64,000 nt of DNA from Candidatus Woesearchaeota archaeon (GTDB lineage: Archaea > Nanobdellota > Nanobdellia > Pacearchaeales > JAHJTO01): NCBI GenBank assembly GCA_964540065.1, contig CAZIKY010000001.1, positions 78,798 to 142,797 of the forward strand. The letters run 5' to 3'. Of this stretch, positions 19,510 through 27,991 are shown in pieces. The number at the start of each line of letters is the position of its first letter. Positions within the stretch are counted from its first letter, which is position 1. The translations under genes and the position numbers were made by a program. The notes beneath the pieces were generated by a model. It had not been told where the DNA came from. It saw nothing but the letters and a program-made list of their open reading frames with translations, and did not search any database.

Positions 19510-20660
19510 GATTTTACAAATTCTTCGATTTTATCCATGGCCTTTTCGATAAGCTCAAATTTAGTGGCATAAGAGCATCGGATAAAACCTTCGCCGTATT
19601 TTCCAAATTCAGTTCCTGGAACGACTGCAACTTTCTTCTCTCGAAGCAAGGTTCTTGCAAATTCCAAACTCTTGAGCTTAGAAACTTCAGTTATATTTGA
19701 GAAAGTATAGAAAGCCCCTCTAGGCACCGTAGTCTTTAATCCAATTCCATTCAACCTCTTAACAATAAACTTTCTCCTGCGATCATATTCTCTCACCATC
19801 TTTTGAATATGACTTTGCGGCAATGACAATGCCTTGATCCCAAGCCATTGTGATAAATTTGGTGGGCAGATAGTGACATAATCTGCAACCTTCTCCATAG
19901 ACTTGATCAGCTCTTTAGGACCGCAGGCATACCCTAGCCTAAAGCCAGGCATAGCGTAAGATTTTGAAAAACTTTGAAGAGTTACAACATAATCTTCCAT
20001 CCCATTCAAAGAACCGATAGAGATATGTTTAGCGCCATCATAAATCAATTTCTCATAGGCCTCATCGGAAAAGATGTAAAGATCATTCTCGACAGCAATA
20101 TCTGCGATCTCTTCCATAACTTTCTTTGAAAGAACATTCCCAGTAGGATTGGCAGGAGAATTCAAAATGATTACATTTGTTTTCTTCTTGTCTATAGATT
20201 CTTTTACCCTGTCAGGATTTATCTCGAAATTATCTTTCTCTTCAAGTTTAACAAAAACGGGATTTCCGTTGACAAGTTCTATCGCAGGAAGGTAACCAAG
20301 GTATCCCGGATTTGGAATGATAACTTGTTCTGAAGGATCAATTGTCGCAAGAAGGGAAATAAAGATTGCTTCCTGGCTCCCGCAGGAAACGAGGATGTTG
20401 TCTTTATCTGCCCTGATCTTATTTTCTTTAGCAAGTTTCTTGGCGATTGCCTCTTTAAGCTCGGTCTTACCTGAAGAAGCAGTATAATGCGTAGCCTTCC
20501 CGATTATTTTAGAGGCATAATCCAGGATAGGTTTTGGAGTTGTAAAATCCGGTTCCCCGGGCCCCAAGGAAATTACCTCTTTAGACTCTGCAGAGAGCTT
20601 CATCAGCTCTCCAATCATCGCTTCTGGCAGCTGAACCTCTCTTTCAGAAATTTCCCTCAT
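19506..20660 (-). CDS. Class I/II PLP aminotransferase (aspartate aminotransferase-like)
   Basis: 384 aa with SFSKSYAMPGFRLGY (PLP-lysine motif) and overall AAT fold I organisation. Confidence 0.8.
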   Translation of the reverse strand: MREISEREVQLPEAMIGELMKLSAESKEVISLGPGEPDFTTPKPILDYASKIIGKATHYTASSGKTELKEAIAKKLAKENKIRADKDNILVSCGSQEAIFISLLATIDPSEQVIIPNPGYLGYLPAIELVNGNPVFVKLEEKDNFEINPDRVKESIDKKKTNVIILNSPANPTGNVLSKKVMEEIADIAVENDLYIFSDEAYEKLIYDGAKHISIGSLNGMEDYVVTLQSFSKSYAMPGFRLGYACGPKELIKSMEKVADYVTICPPNLSQWLGIKALSLPQSHIQKMVREYDRRRKFIVKRLNGIGLKTTVPRGAFYTFSNITEVSKLKSLEFARTLLREKKVAVVPGTEFGKYGEGFIRCSYATKFELIEKAMDKIEEFVKS

Positions 20661-20758
20661 TTTATTTAAAACAAAAGCTTAACCGATATTTAAACTTTTA
20701 TTGGCGGATCGCAACAGTTTAGCCAAAGATTAATAAATTTCAAAACCTTCTAAACAGC

Positions 20759-20911
20759 ATGAAACTTCCTAAATCTGTAATGGGTGGAGGAGCAGTTCTT
20801 TTGGCAGTTTTAATCGCTTTAACAGAAGCGATGGGCTGGCCAGGACAGATCCATTATGCATGGGCTGCACTTTCCCTTATTTGGGGTTTGTTGACTTTCG
20901 CGGGAAAGTAA
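20759..20911 (+). CDS. Small hydrophobic protein (about 50 aa)
   Basis: ATG-initiated ORF MKLPKSVMGGGAVLLAVLIALTEAMGWPGQIHYAWAALSLIWGLLTFAGK with two predicted TM segments. It is below the ORF-track size cutoff. Confidence 0.3.
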   Translation: MKLPKSVMGGGAVLLAVLIALTEAMGWPGQIHYAWAALSLIWGLLTFAGK

Positions 20912-20996
20912 ATCCCGTGACCAAGTTATAGTTTGTAATGACCTAGTCTAAACTTTGTAACATAAGGTTTATAAGAAATGTATCTCTCCCTGTCTT

Positions 20997-22502
20997 ATGG
21001 CCGATAAAAAAGAGGAAAGCAGAATAACTATCGAAGATATCTCTTCTTTCTGTAAAAGGAAGGGATTCGTCTTTCCTTCAAGCGAGATTTACGGGGGACT
21101 TGCAGGATTTTGGGATTTAGGCCCCTTGGGCGTAGAATTAATGAATAACTTAAAGAGAGAGTGGTGGAATTACTTTGTTCATCAAAAAGACAATATGGTT
21201 GGCCTTGATGCGAGCATAATCTCAAACCCTAAAATATGGAAAGCTTCCGGCCACGTGGCAAACTTCTCAGATGTTGCAGTTACATGCAAGAAATGTAAGA
21301 AAGCAAACAAAGTGGATAAAGCTGAACTCGCAAAAGCAAAATGTTCTTTCTGCGCAGGAGAGCTCGACAAGACAAGTGCAAAAAACCTCCAGCAGATGCT
21401 TACTACAAAGGTCGGCCCAGTAGAGCAGGATTCTACTACCTCTTACTTAAGGCCGGAAAACGCCCAAGGGATGTTCACAAACTTTAAGCTTGTTACCGAC
21501 ACATCAAGAGTGAAACTTCCATTCGGAATAGCTCAAATCGGAAAGTGTTTTAGGAACGAGATTGCTCCAAGAGATTTTTTATTCAGGTGCAGAGAGTTTA
21601 CAATAGCTGAGTTCGAATTCTTCATACACCCTAATGAAACAAAATGCCCTCTTCTGGATAAATCTCATGTTAATTTAAAAGTCCGGCTTCTTAACGCAGA
21701 AACACAAACAAAAGGGAAATCAGATTTAAAGGAAACCACAATAGGTAAGATGCTTCAGGAAAAGAGATTGGATGAATGGCATGCTTATTGGCTTGCAGAA
21801 CAAATTATGTTTTTTGATTCTATCGGAATAGATACAAATAGGATAAAAATCAGAGAGCACATGAAGGATGAACTTTCGCATTACTCCTCTGCAACATTCG
21901 ATCTCGATTACGAATTTCCTTTCGGAAGCTACGAGTTTGCAGGAAATGCCAACAGAGGACAATATGACCTCACAAACCATGCAAAAGAGAGCAATCAGAA
22001 ATTGGATTATTTTGATGAAGTCGGCAAATCCAGAGTCATTCCAAAGGTAATAGAGCCCACTTTTGGGATGGACAGGGTTTTCCTCGCCTCAATAGTTGAT
22101 GGATATGAATTCGATCATAAGAGAAACAACATTGTTTTAAAGATCCATCCAAGGCTTGCTCCAGTAAAGGCAGCAGTCTTCCCAATAATAAAAGATGAAA
22201 AGTATAATAAGATGGCTGAAGAGGTTGTTAACGATTTGAAAAAAGAGTTCCGAGTAGTTTATGATGAGTCTGGCAGTATCGGCAGAAGATATTCTAGAAA
22301 CGATGAGCAGGGCACGCCTTTCTGTATCACAGTCGATGAAGATTCTCCAAAAAAGAAAGACGTAACAATTCGTGATCGCGATAGCACCAAACAGATCCGA
22401 GTAAAGGTCAGGGATCTCAAAGAAACTATGCGAAAACTCCTAAACAAGGAGATAGATTTCTCAAAAGCAGGCAAGCTTGTTGAAACAAGGGTTAAAGAAT
22501 AA
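20997..22502 (+). CDS. glyS: Glycyl-tRNA synthetase (archaeal/eukaryal alpha2 type)
   Basis: 501 aa with class II motif 2 (FRNEIAPRDFLFRCREFTIAEFEFF) and a C-terminal anticodon-binding domain. Confidence 0.9.
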   Translation: MADKKEESRITIEDISSFCKRKGFVFPSSEIYGGLAGFWDLGPLGVELMNNLKREWWNYFVHQKDNMVGLDASIISNPKIWKASGHVANFSDVAVTCKKCKKANKVDKAELAKAKCSFCAGELDKTSAKNLQQMLTTKVGPVEQDSTTSYLRPENAQGMFTNFKLVTDTSRVKLPFGIAQIGKCFRNEIAPRDFLFRCREFTIAEFEFFIHPNETKCPLLDKSHVNLKVRLLNAETQTKGKSDLKETTIGKMLQEKRLDEWHAYWLAEQIMFFDSIGIDTNRIKIREHMKDELSHYSSATFDLDYEFPFGSYEFAGNANRGQYDLTNHAKESNQKLDYFDEVGKSRVIPKVIEPTFGMDRVFLASIVDGYEFDHKRNNIVLKIHPRLAPVKAAVFPIIKDEKYNKMAEEVVNDLKKEFRVVYDESGSIGRRYSRNDEQGTPFCITVDEDSPKKKDVTIRDRDSTKQIRVKVRDLKETMRKLLNKEIDFSKAGKLVETRVKE

Positions 22503-22504
22503 GC

Positions 22505-22512
22505 TTTAAAAT
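22505..22512 (+). promoter_or_regulatory. TATA-like box (TTTAAAAT) upstream of tRNA-Ala
   Basis: Starts 3 nt after the glyS stop and is centred about -27 relative to the tRNA. Confidence 0.35.
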
Positions 22513-22535
22513 AGGACCAAACTTCAGGAATTTAA

Positions 22536-22607
22536 GGGCCTGTAATTCAACGGTAGAATGTCCGGCTGGCAGTCGGAATGTTGTGGGTTCAAATCCCGCC
22601 GGGTCCA
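22536..22607 (+). tRNA. tRNA-Ala (anticodon GGC)
   Basis: Full cloverleaf: D-stem ATTC/GAAT, anticodon stem TCCGG/TCGGA with loop CTGGCAG, T-arm GTGGG-TTCAAAT-CCCGC. The G3:U70 Ala identity pair is present. Confidence 0.8.
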
Positions 22608-22609
22608 TT

Positions 22610-23224
22610 TTAGTTTTCTAGCGCCTTGAGAAATTTCTTCTTATCCCTTCCCCGCACTTCTTTGCCCCATAAAACGAAAAGACGATTTATCTCAGACCAA
22701 TATTTCTTCGGAGCAATCTTCATCAGTTCTAATTCTGTTTGATGAGGAGTTTTGGTTTTAACCAAACCAAGAACATTGGACAAACGATGCACATGAGTAT
22801 CTACTGGGATCCCATCTTTTTTATGTACCTCTGTTAAAACGATGTTAGCAGTTTTCCTGCCAACTCCTGGAATTGCAACAAGTTTTTCCATATCATCAGG
22901 GACTTTCCCGTCATACTCTTCCACTATAAACTTTGCAGCAGCGATAACATGTTTTGTTTTGGTTTTGTTATAATTAATACTCTTAACAATTTTGAAAACA
23001 TCTTTATATTTTGCATTAGCAAGACTTTCAAGAGTAGGATATCTTTCAAACAGCTTTTCAGCAATAGGAATTGTTGTTTCATCCCTAGATTGCGCCGATA
23101 AAATGGTGGAAATCAATGTCTGCCAATCTGCTTCCCACTCTTCGGCAGCAAGCCTTTTTTCGCTTTCCCCATATTTCTTTTGAGCCTTTCTTAAGATCTT
23201 AAGAAAGTACTTCCTCTTATCCAT
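22610..23224 (-). CDS. HhH-GPD superfamily DNA glycosylase (endonuclease III-like, lacking the Fe-S cysteine cluster)
   Basis: 204 aa with LVAIPGVGRKTANIVL (helix-hairpin-helix with catalytic Lys) and VDTHVHRL (catalytic Asp). No C-terminal Cx6Cx2Cx5C. Confidence 0.7.
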   Translation of the reverse strand: MDKRKYFLKILRKAQKKYGESEKRLAAEEWEADWQTLISTILSAQSRDETTIPIAEKLFERYPTLESLANAKYKDVFKIVKSINYNKTKTKHVIAAAKFIVEEYDGKVPDDMEKLVAIPGVGRKTANIVLTEVHKKDGIPVDTHVHRLSNVLGLVKTKTPHQTELELMKIAPKKYWSEINRLFVLWGKEVRGRDKKKFLKALEN

Positions 23225-23236
23225 AATGTTTTAAAG

Positions 23237-23656
23237 TTGCTAGGATTTAATAATTCTATGAATGATTGTGTTTTTTGCAGGATAACCAAAGGAGATATTC
23301 CCTCATACAAAGTTTATGAAGATAAAGACTTCATGGCTTTTTTGGACATTCATCCGTTAAATCCCGGGCATACCCTGGTGGTTCCAAAAAAGCACGCTAA
23401 GACTGTAAACGATTACGAGCCCTTTGGGAAGTATTGGGAAGCTGCAAGGAAAGTCTCTAAAGCAGTTCAAAAAGCGCTAAACCCCATAGTTGTGATATAC
23501 ATTGTCTACGGATTGGATGTGCCCCATGCCCACATACATTTAATGCCAAGATACAAAGACGACGGCCATGAAGAAGGGCCAAACTTCAGAAAAGTGAAAG
23601 ATATTTCTAAGGAAGAGATGCAAGCAATCGCAGAGAAGATAAAAAAAGCCTTATAA
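23237..23656 (+). CDS. HIT-family (histidine triad) nucleotide hydrolase
   Basis: 139 aa with HAHIHLMP, matching the HxHxHxx HIT motif. Confidence 0.8.
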   Translation: MLGFNNSMNDCVFCRITKGDIPSYKVYEDKDFMAFLDIHPLNPGHTLVVPKKHAKTVNDYEPFGKYWEAARKVSKAVQKALNPIVVIYIVYGLDVPHAHIHLMPRYKDDGHEEGPNFRKVKDISKEEMQAIAEKIKKAL

Positions 23657-23657
23657 A
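23650..23657 (+). promoter_or_regulatory. TATA-like box (TTATAAAC) upstream of tRNA-Met
   Basis: Lies 30 nt upstream of the tRNA 5' end. The same octamer precedes tRNA-Leu and tRNA-Thr. Confidence 0.4.
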
Positions 23658-23679
23658 CCACCCCCTACTCCTAAAAATA

Positions 23680-23751
23680 CGCCTGTGTAGCTTAGTGGTA
23701 GAGCGCGAGTCTCATAAGCTCGAGGTCGTGGGTTCGACTCCCATCACAGGC
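23680..23751 (+). tRNA. tRNA-Met (anticodon CAT), elongator-type (G1:C72); tRNA-Ile2 (CAU) cannot be excluded
   Basis: Acceptor GCCTGTG/CACAGGC, D-stem GCTT/GAGC, anticodon stem CGAGT/GCTCG with loop CTCATAA, T-arm GTGGG-TTCGACT-CCCAT. Confidence 0.8.
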
Positions 23752-23757
23752 ATTAAA

Positions 23758-24204
23758 ATGAAGAAACTGATTCAAGTCCAGGCTATTCTCTACAGATTAA
23801 ATAAAAAAAGTTATGAATTCTTGGTACTTAAAAGAGTCCCAGAAAAAAAAGGTTTTTGGCAACCCATCACTGGAGGCAAAAAAGAAGGTGAAAGGATAAA
23901 GGATGCACTATACCGAGAGATTAATGAAGAAGCAGGAATAAAAGAGGAGGAGATATTAAACTCTAAAGAGGTTCATTCGTTCAACTGGTCAGCAAATGAT
24001 AGAGATAAGCCCGAAACAAAAATAAATTTTAAAGAATATGCTTTCGGGGTAGAAGTCAATTCAAAATCTAGAATTAGTTTGAGCAAGGAGCATGAAGAGT
24101 ATAAATGGATGCCATATGAGGAAGCACTTTCTCTAATTTATCATGAGACAAATAAAGAAAGTTTAAGAAGATTAAATAATTTATTAACAAATGGAAAACA
24201 ATAG
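23758..24204 (+). CDS. NUDIX hydrolase
   Basis: Nudix box GGKKEGERIKDALYREINEEAGI (Gx5Ex7REUxEExGU). The start is taken at the internal ATG at 23758 because the track ORF (from 23695) would overlap the tRNA. Confidence 0.8.
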   Translation: MKKLIQVQAILYRLNKKSYEFLVLKRVPEKKGFWQPITGGKKEGERIKDALYREINEEAGIKEEEILNSKEVHSFNWSANDRDKPETKINFKEYAFGVEVNSKSRISLSKEHEEYKWMPYEEALSLIYHETNKESLRRLNNLLTNGKQ

Positions 24205-24862
24205 GATAAGACTTTCTCCTTCTAAGCTAAACTTGTTCCTTGAGTGCCCACTTTGCTTTTGGATGGAAAATGTAGAGAAGATCCATCGGCCAAGAGGGAT
24301 TTTCCCAAGCCTTCCTTCAGGAATGGATTCTGTGCTGAAAAAATACTTTGATTCATTCAGAGAATCTGGAGAAATACCCCCGGAGATTGAGGGAAAAGTT
24401 GAGGGAGAACTCATGCAGGACCTGGAGCTTCTCAAAAAATGGACAAACAACCGAGTAGGAATCCAATTTGAAGATGAAGAATCTGGTGCTTTGTTGATGG
24501 GGGCGCTTGATGAATGCTTGGTCAATGGGGAAACATACATCCCTTTAGACTTCAAAACAAGAGGATTTGACCTCAAAGAAGACAGCACAGACTATTATCA
24601 AAACCAACTTGACACTTATTGCCTCCTTCTTGAAAAAAATGGCTTTAAACAGCCGGGCTTTGCATATTTGGTTTATTTCATTCCTGAAAAATATGAAGGC
24701 CAAGGAATTACAAAGTTCAAAATAGAAATTAAGAAGGTAAAAACTTCCCCGGAAAGAGCATTAAAGATTTTCAGAGAGGCAGTTAGACTCCTAAAATCTC
24801 AAAAACCTCAAGCCCATTCTAAATGCGAGTTTTGTTCTTGGCATTCTAGTTTTCACAATTGA
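24191..24862 (+). CDS. PD-(D/E)XK nuclease with four Cys (Cas4-like / RecB-family, DUF83-like)
   Basis: 223 aa. N-terminal SPSKLNLFLECPLCFW, motif II GALDEC, motif III IPLDFKTRG (ivDYKTG-like), a QNQLDTY motif (Q..Y) and C-terminal CEFC, giving 2+2 Cys. Confidence 0.6.
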   Translation: MENNRIRLSPSKLNLFLECPLCFWMENVEKIHRPRGIFPSLPSGMDSVLKKYFDSFRESGEIPPEIEGKVEGELMQDLELLKKWTNNRVGIQFEDEESGALLMGALDECLVNGETYIPLDFKTRGFDLKEDSTDYYQNQLDTYCLLLEKNGFKQPGFAYLVYFIPEKYEGQGITKFKIEIKKVKTSPERALKIFREAVRLLKSQKPQAHSKCEFCSWHSSFHN

Positions 24863-24904
24863 GCCATCAAAAAGCTTTTAAGGGAGCTTTTTTGAGGTAT
24901 TTGT

Positions 24905-25975
24905 ATGGTCAATGTTGGATTAGCGATTTGGGATGATCACGGAAAGAGGGATTTGGTCAAAGACCTCAGAAGCCTGATAGCAATAATTAAAAAAGAGCAG
25001 AGAAAAGTTAAAGGAAATAGCTGCAGAATAGATCTCCTATCAGGACTAGAGCTCCAGGTAGAAGGCAAGTATCAGGGTTCTTCAAATGGTGATGGAGCAA
25101 CATGGCCTTCATTAAGTTATGATCAAGATGATTTCTTAGGCCATTTCTTTAACAGGCTTAAGCTGCTCACAGTCCATGCGCCTTGCAGCGGGAAAAACAT
25201 AATCTCCACGAGCGAGTCTGAAAGGAAATGGAGCATAGAGGAAACGAAAAAGGCAATGGACTTCACGTATAAAATCGGGGGGAGTTCTCTTGTTCTTCAT
25301 CCGGGAAGTGTTAACTATTGGAGCGACTTGTCAAAACCAAGAAGGGAGCAAGACGAAGAGAGGTTTTACGATTCTTTTAGGGAGCTTGCAAGGCATTATT
25401 TTGAAAAGGGCTATAATCGCCCACATCTTCGCGGTAAAATGTCTTTGGGGATAGAAAATATGGATCCGCCGCATTTAATAATGACAAGAAAAGAGCACGA
25501 AAGAGTCTTCAAAAGGTGTCTGGAAATTATGGTTGAAGAAAGTAAAGGCCAAAGCAAGGAAGAAATATATGATGGCAGCCTAAAAATGAGGGTAGATTTC
25601 TCTCATTACTGGAATAGCCACATAACGTTAAAGGAAAATCCGGATAAAAACTTTGTTGAGGGATATGATGAAATCACTAAGGGAGATATAATTAATTATT
25701 TTGCTAATCTTATAAGGGATAACTATTCTGCAATAGAAGGTTTCCATATGGGGGGATGTTACAACAATTCCCAAAGAAGGTCAAGAATAACTCATGGGCC
25801 AATAATGCAGATATCCAGAGTATATGATTGGAATGAGTTAAACTTTGAAAAGGTCTTAAACCTCCCAGGAGTTCTTGAAAAAAATTTGATTTTAGAAGTT
25901 TTTGGAGTTGATTTTAAAACGTTGATTTTCTCGCACCAAAATGTTTTGGATTATGTGAGTCAAAGGGAAAGGTAA
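24905..25975 (+). CDS. Divergent xylose-isomerase-like TIM-barrel protein resembling endonuclease IV (AP endonuclease family 2)
   Basis: 356 aa with VHAPCSG (cf. HAPY), LVLHPGS (cf. HPGS), GIENMD (cf. ENtAG) and DFSHYWNSH (cf. DTCH), in the same order as in Nfo. Confidence 0.45.
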   Translation: MVNVGLAIWDDHGKRDLVKDLRSLIAIIKKEQRKVKGNSCRIDLLSGLELQVEGKYQGSSNGDGATWPSLSYDQDDFLGHFFNRLKLLTVHAPCSGKNIISTSESERKWSIEETKKAMDFTYKIGGSSLVLHPGSVNYWSDLSKPRREQDEERFYDSFRELARHYFEKGYNRPHLRGKMSLGIENMDPPHLIMTRKEHERVFKRCLEIMVEESKGQSKEEIYDGSLKMRVDFSHYWNSHITLKENPDKNFVEGYDEITKGDIINYFANLIRDNYSAIEGFHMGGCYNNSQRRSRITHGPIMQISRVYDWNELNFEKVLNLPGVLEKNLILEVFGVDFKTLIFSHQNVLDYVSQRER

Positions 25976-25976
25976 G

Positions 25977-27395
25977 ATGACTATTGCAGAAACAAGAAAT
26001 TATTACCGTGGAGAATCAGTAATCCATAGGATGTTAGAATTCTGCGGAGTAGACCATCAAAAAGCTATAAATTTCAGTGTTAACGGAGAAGCATTATCTC
26101 AATCAAAAGAGTTGCAAAAACTAATTTCCGCAGGAACATCTGAATTTTTAGTGGGATGGGGAGGCCAGCTCTTAAGAGAAAGAGGGAATGCTAAGCAAAG
26201 AGTCCGTAACTTCAGTTTAGGATGGATCTTAGATAAGGGATTAGATGCCCATAGATCTCTGTGGGACAAAGAAAATACTTTGGGAGTAATAGATGTGGAA
26301 TATTTTTCTGAGAGATATCCTGGAGAAGCTTTTGCAAGACAAGAAGATGTTTTCTGGAGAATGGAGCCATTTTATCAGTGTGTCAAAGATTTATTATTCT
26401 CTTACGGAATAAAACCTTTAACGGTGGCAACAGGGCAAGGATATCATTTTGATTTTAGAGTTTCAAAAAACAGTCCTGCACATAAGATGCTTGAAGAAAT
26501 TGCTTCTCCAGAGGGCACAATAATGGATAAATATCGCCATCTAAGCGGAGATGTATTCACTAGAAAGGTAAGTGAACAAGAAGGCAAGGGATTTGAAGGA
26601 ATAGGCAAAGCAATAGAATTTATTATCTATGAAGCCATAAGAAAGTCTCCAGAATACAAGGGCAATATTCCCCTATCAATCGGAGATATTCCTTCAAATA
26701 ATGAAAAAAGGGAGGGGATAAACATAGATCTCTCACTTTTATGCGGTCCATTGAACATGAGATCCGTAAGAATTCCTTTTTCAAGTTACCATAAGCATAA
26801 AGCTAGTCCCTGGAAAGTTGGAGAGCAAGTATCTAGGGAAATCCCTGTACAAATAACTCTCCCGCGGTACACCCCTTGCAACAACAATGAACTTCTTTTA
26901 TATGAGCTTTTCAATAACAGAAGACATTTCCACAATTCAGCAAATTATGCTGGAGCCGTAACAACCCAAATACCTGAAGTGAATGAGGGTATTGCAAATT
27001 TGATAAAGAGCTATAAAAAATCGGAGCTATTCAAATTTCATAAAGTGTTTGATTCAGAACAGCATGACTCTCCGGAGAGATGGCAGCATTCTTATGACAG
27101 ATATCACAGCAGAGATGCAAGGATCGAAAGTTTATTGAGAAATCCTGCTCCTGCATTGCTTGTTCCTGCAAACATCCAATATTTGACGAGAAGGTTAATG
27201 CATGAAGGATGGCATCCAAAACATATAGCCGGATTATTAAGGTCCAAATATGAAAGAGATCATGGATGGGCAGAAGAAAAAGGCGGAAATTGGGATTTTT
27301 ATAAAAGAGACGCAGCCACACATGCAAACAAATGGGTTAGATTTTACAGTGGACTTATCACCACAGGATTAGACTACCTAGTTACAAGAGGGTAA
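25977..27395 (+). CDS. Archaeo-eukaryotic primase (AEP) superfamily primase-polymerase-like protein
   Basis: 472 aa. Motif I VIDVEYF (DxE), then about 50 aa later motif II TGQGYHFDF (sGxGxH), then RIPFSSYHKHK (the RxPGSxNxK-like segment of PriS/PrimPol). Confidence 0.4.
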   Translation: MTIAETRNYYRGESVIHRMLEFCGVDHQKAINFSVNGEALSQSKELQKLISAGTSEFLVGWGGQLLRERGNAKQRVRNFSLGWILDKGLDAHRSLWDKENTLGVIDVEYFSERYPGEAFARQEDVFWRMEPFYQCVKDLLFSYGIKPLTVATGQGYHFDFRVSKNSPAHKMLEEIASPEGTIMDKYRHLSGDVFTRKVSEQEGKGFEGIGKAIEFIIYEAIRKSPEYKGNIPLSIGDIPSNNEKREGINIDLSLLCGPLNMRSVRIPFSSYHKHKASPWKVGEQVSREIPVQITLPRYTPCNNNELLLYELFNNRRHFHNSANYAGAVTTQIPEVNEGIANLIKSYKKSELFKFHKVFDSEQHDSPERWQHSYDRYHSRDARIESLLRNPAPALLVPANIQYLTRRLMHEGWHPKHIAGLLRSKYERDHGWAEEKGGNWDFYKRDAATHANKWVRFYSGLITTGLDYLVTRG

Positions 27396-27411
27396 GTTCA
27401 GAAATTAAAAT

Positions 27412-27702
27412 TCACTTTGTTAGAACAATATCCATCGTGCTGACGTTAACTTTCCTTCCTTCTTTGTTCTCAAATTCTTCACTGTCAATCTTTATCTCTT
27501 TTATCTGAATATTTTGATCCTTGAGAAATCTTTTTCTGCAAACTTCAACTATGTCTACTGCCCTGGCAATAAACTTTCCCCTTGCCTTTACAGTAACTTC
27601 CTTGGCCCCTTTAGTTGTAAACTGCATAACCACCCCGGTCACATAGTTCATAAAAGGCTTTCCTCCGACATATACTACATTGTCTTCTTCGTTCTCTGCC
27701 AT
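27412..27702 (-). CDS. albA: Alba DNA/RNA-binding chromatin protein
   Basis: 96 aa. NVVYVGGKPFMNYV ... VTVKARGKFIARAVDIVE ... VSTMDIVL aligns along its length with Sso10b/Alba. Confidence 0.85.
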   Translation of the reverse strand: MAENEEDNVVYVGGKPFMNYVTGVVMQFTTKGAKEVTVKARGKFIARAVDIVEVCRKRFLKDQNIQIKEIKIDSEEFENKEGRKVNVSTMDIVLTK

Positions 27703-27777
27703 TTTACTACAAGTTCACTTAATAAAAGCTAACTATGAGATCTTTTAAATTTTATTATTCTCAAGAATACCTAAGAA

Positions 27778-27966
27778 TTACTTCTTTTTCTTCATAAGCC
27801 TGGAAATGTAGCCTGCAATGCTATTCCTGAGTTTTTTAGATATCCCTGGAACCTTTTGTTCGACCTTTCTCTTATTTTCTTCAAAATCTGCAGAGAAAGA
27901 TCCTTTATCACTGGCCATTATGTCCTTTGTAGACCTTTTAACAAGAGTACTTTTAATTCTTCCCAT
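27778..27966 (-). CDS. rps17e: Ribosomal protein S17e
   Basis: 62 aa with MGRIKSTLVKR ... DFEENKRKV ... LRNSIAGYISRL, matching the S17e consensus. Confidence 0.8.
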   Translation of the reverse strand: MGRIKSTLVKRSTKDIMASDKGSFSADFEENKRKVEQKVPGISKKLRNSIAGYISRLMKKKK

Positions 27967-27991
27967 GAGGATAAATCGACAAAAGCCCTAT

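Noticed and set aside
23695-23757. N-terminal extension of the Nudix ORF (MVERESHKLEVVGSTPITGIK)
   Set aside because: It overlaps the tRNA-Met gene and is literally a translation of tRNA sequence. The real start is the ATG at 23758.
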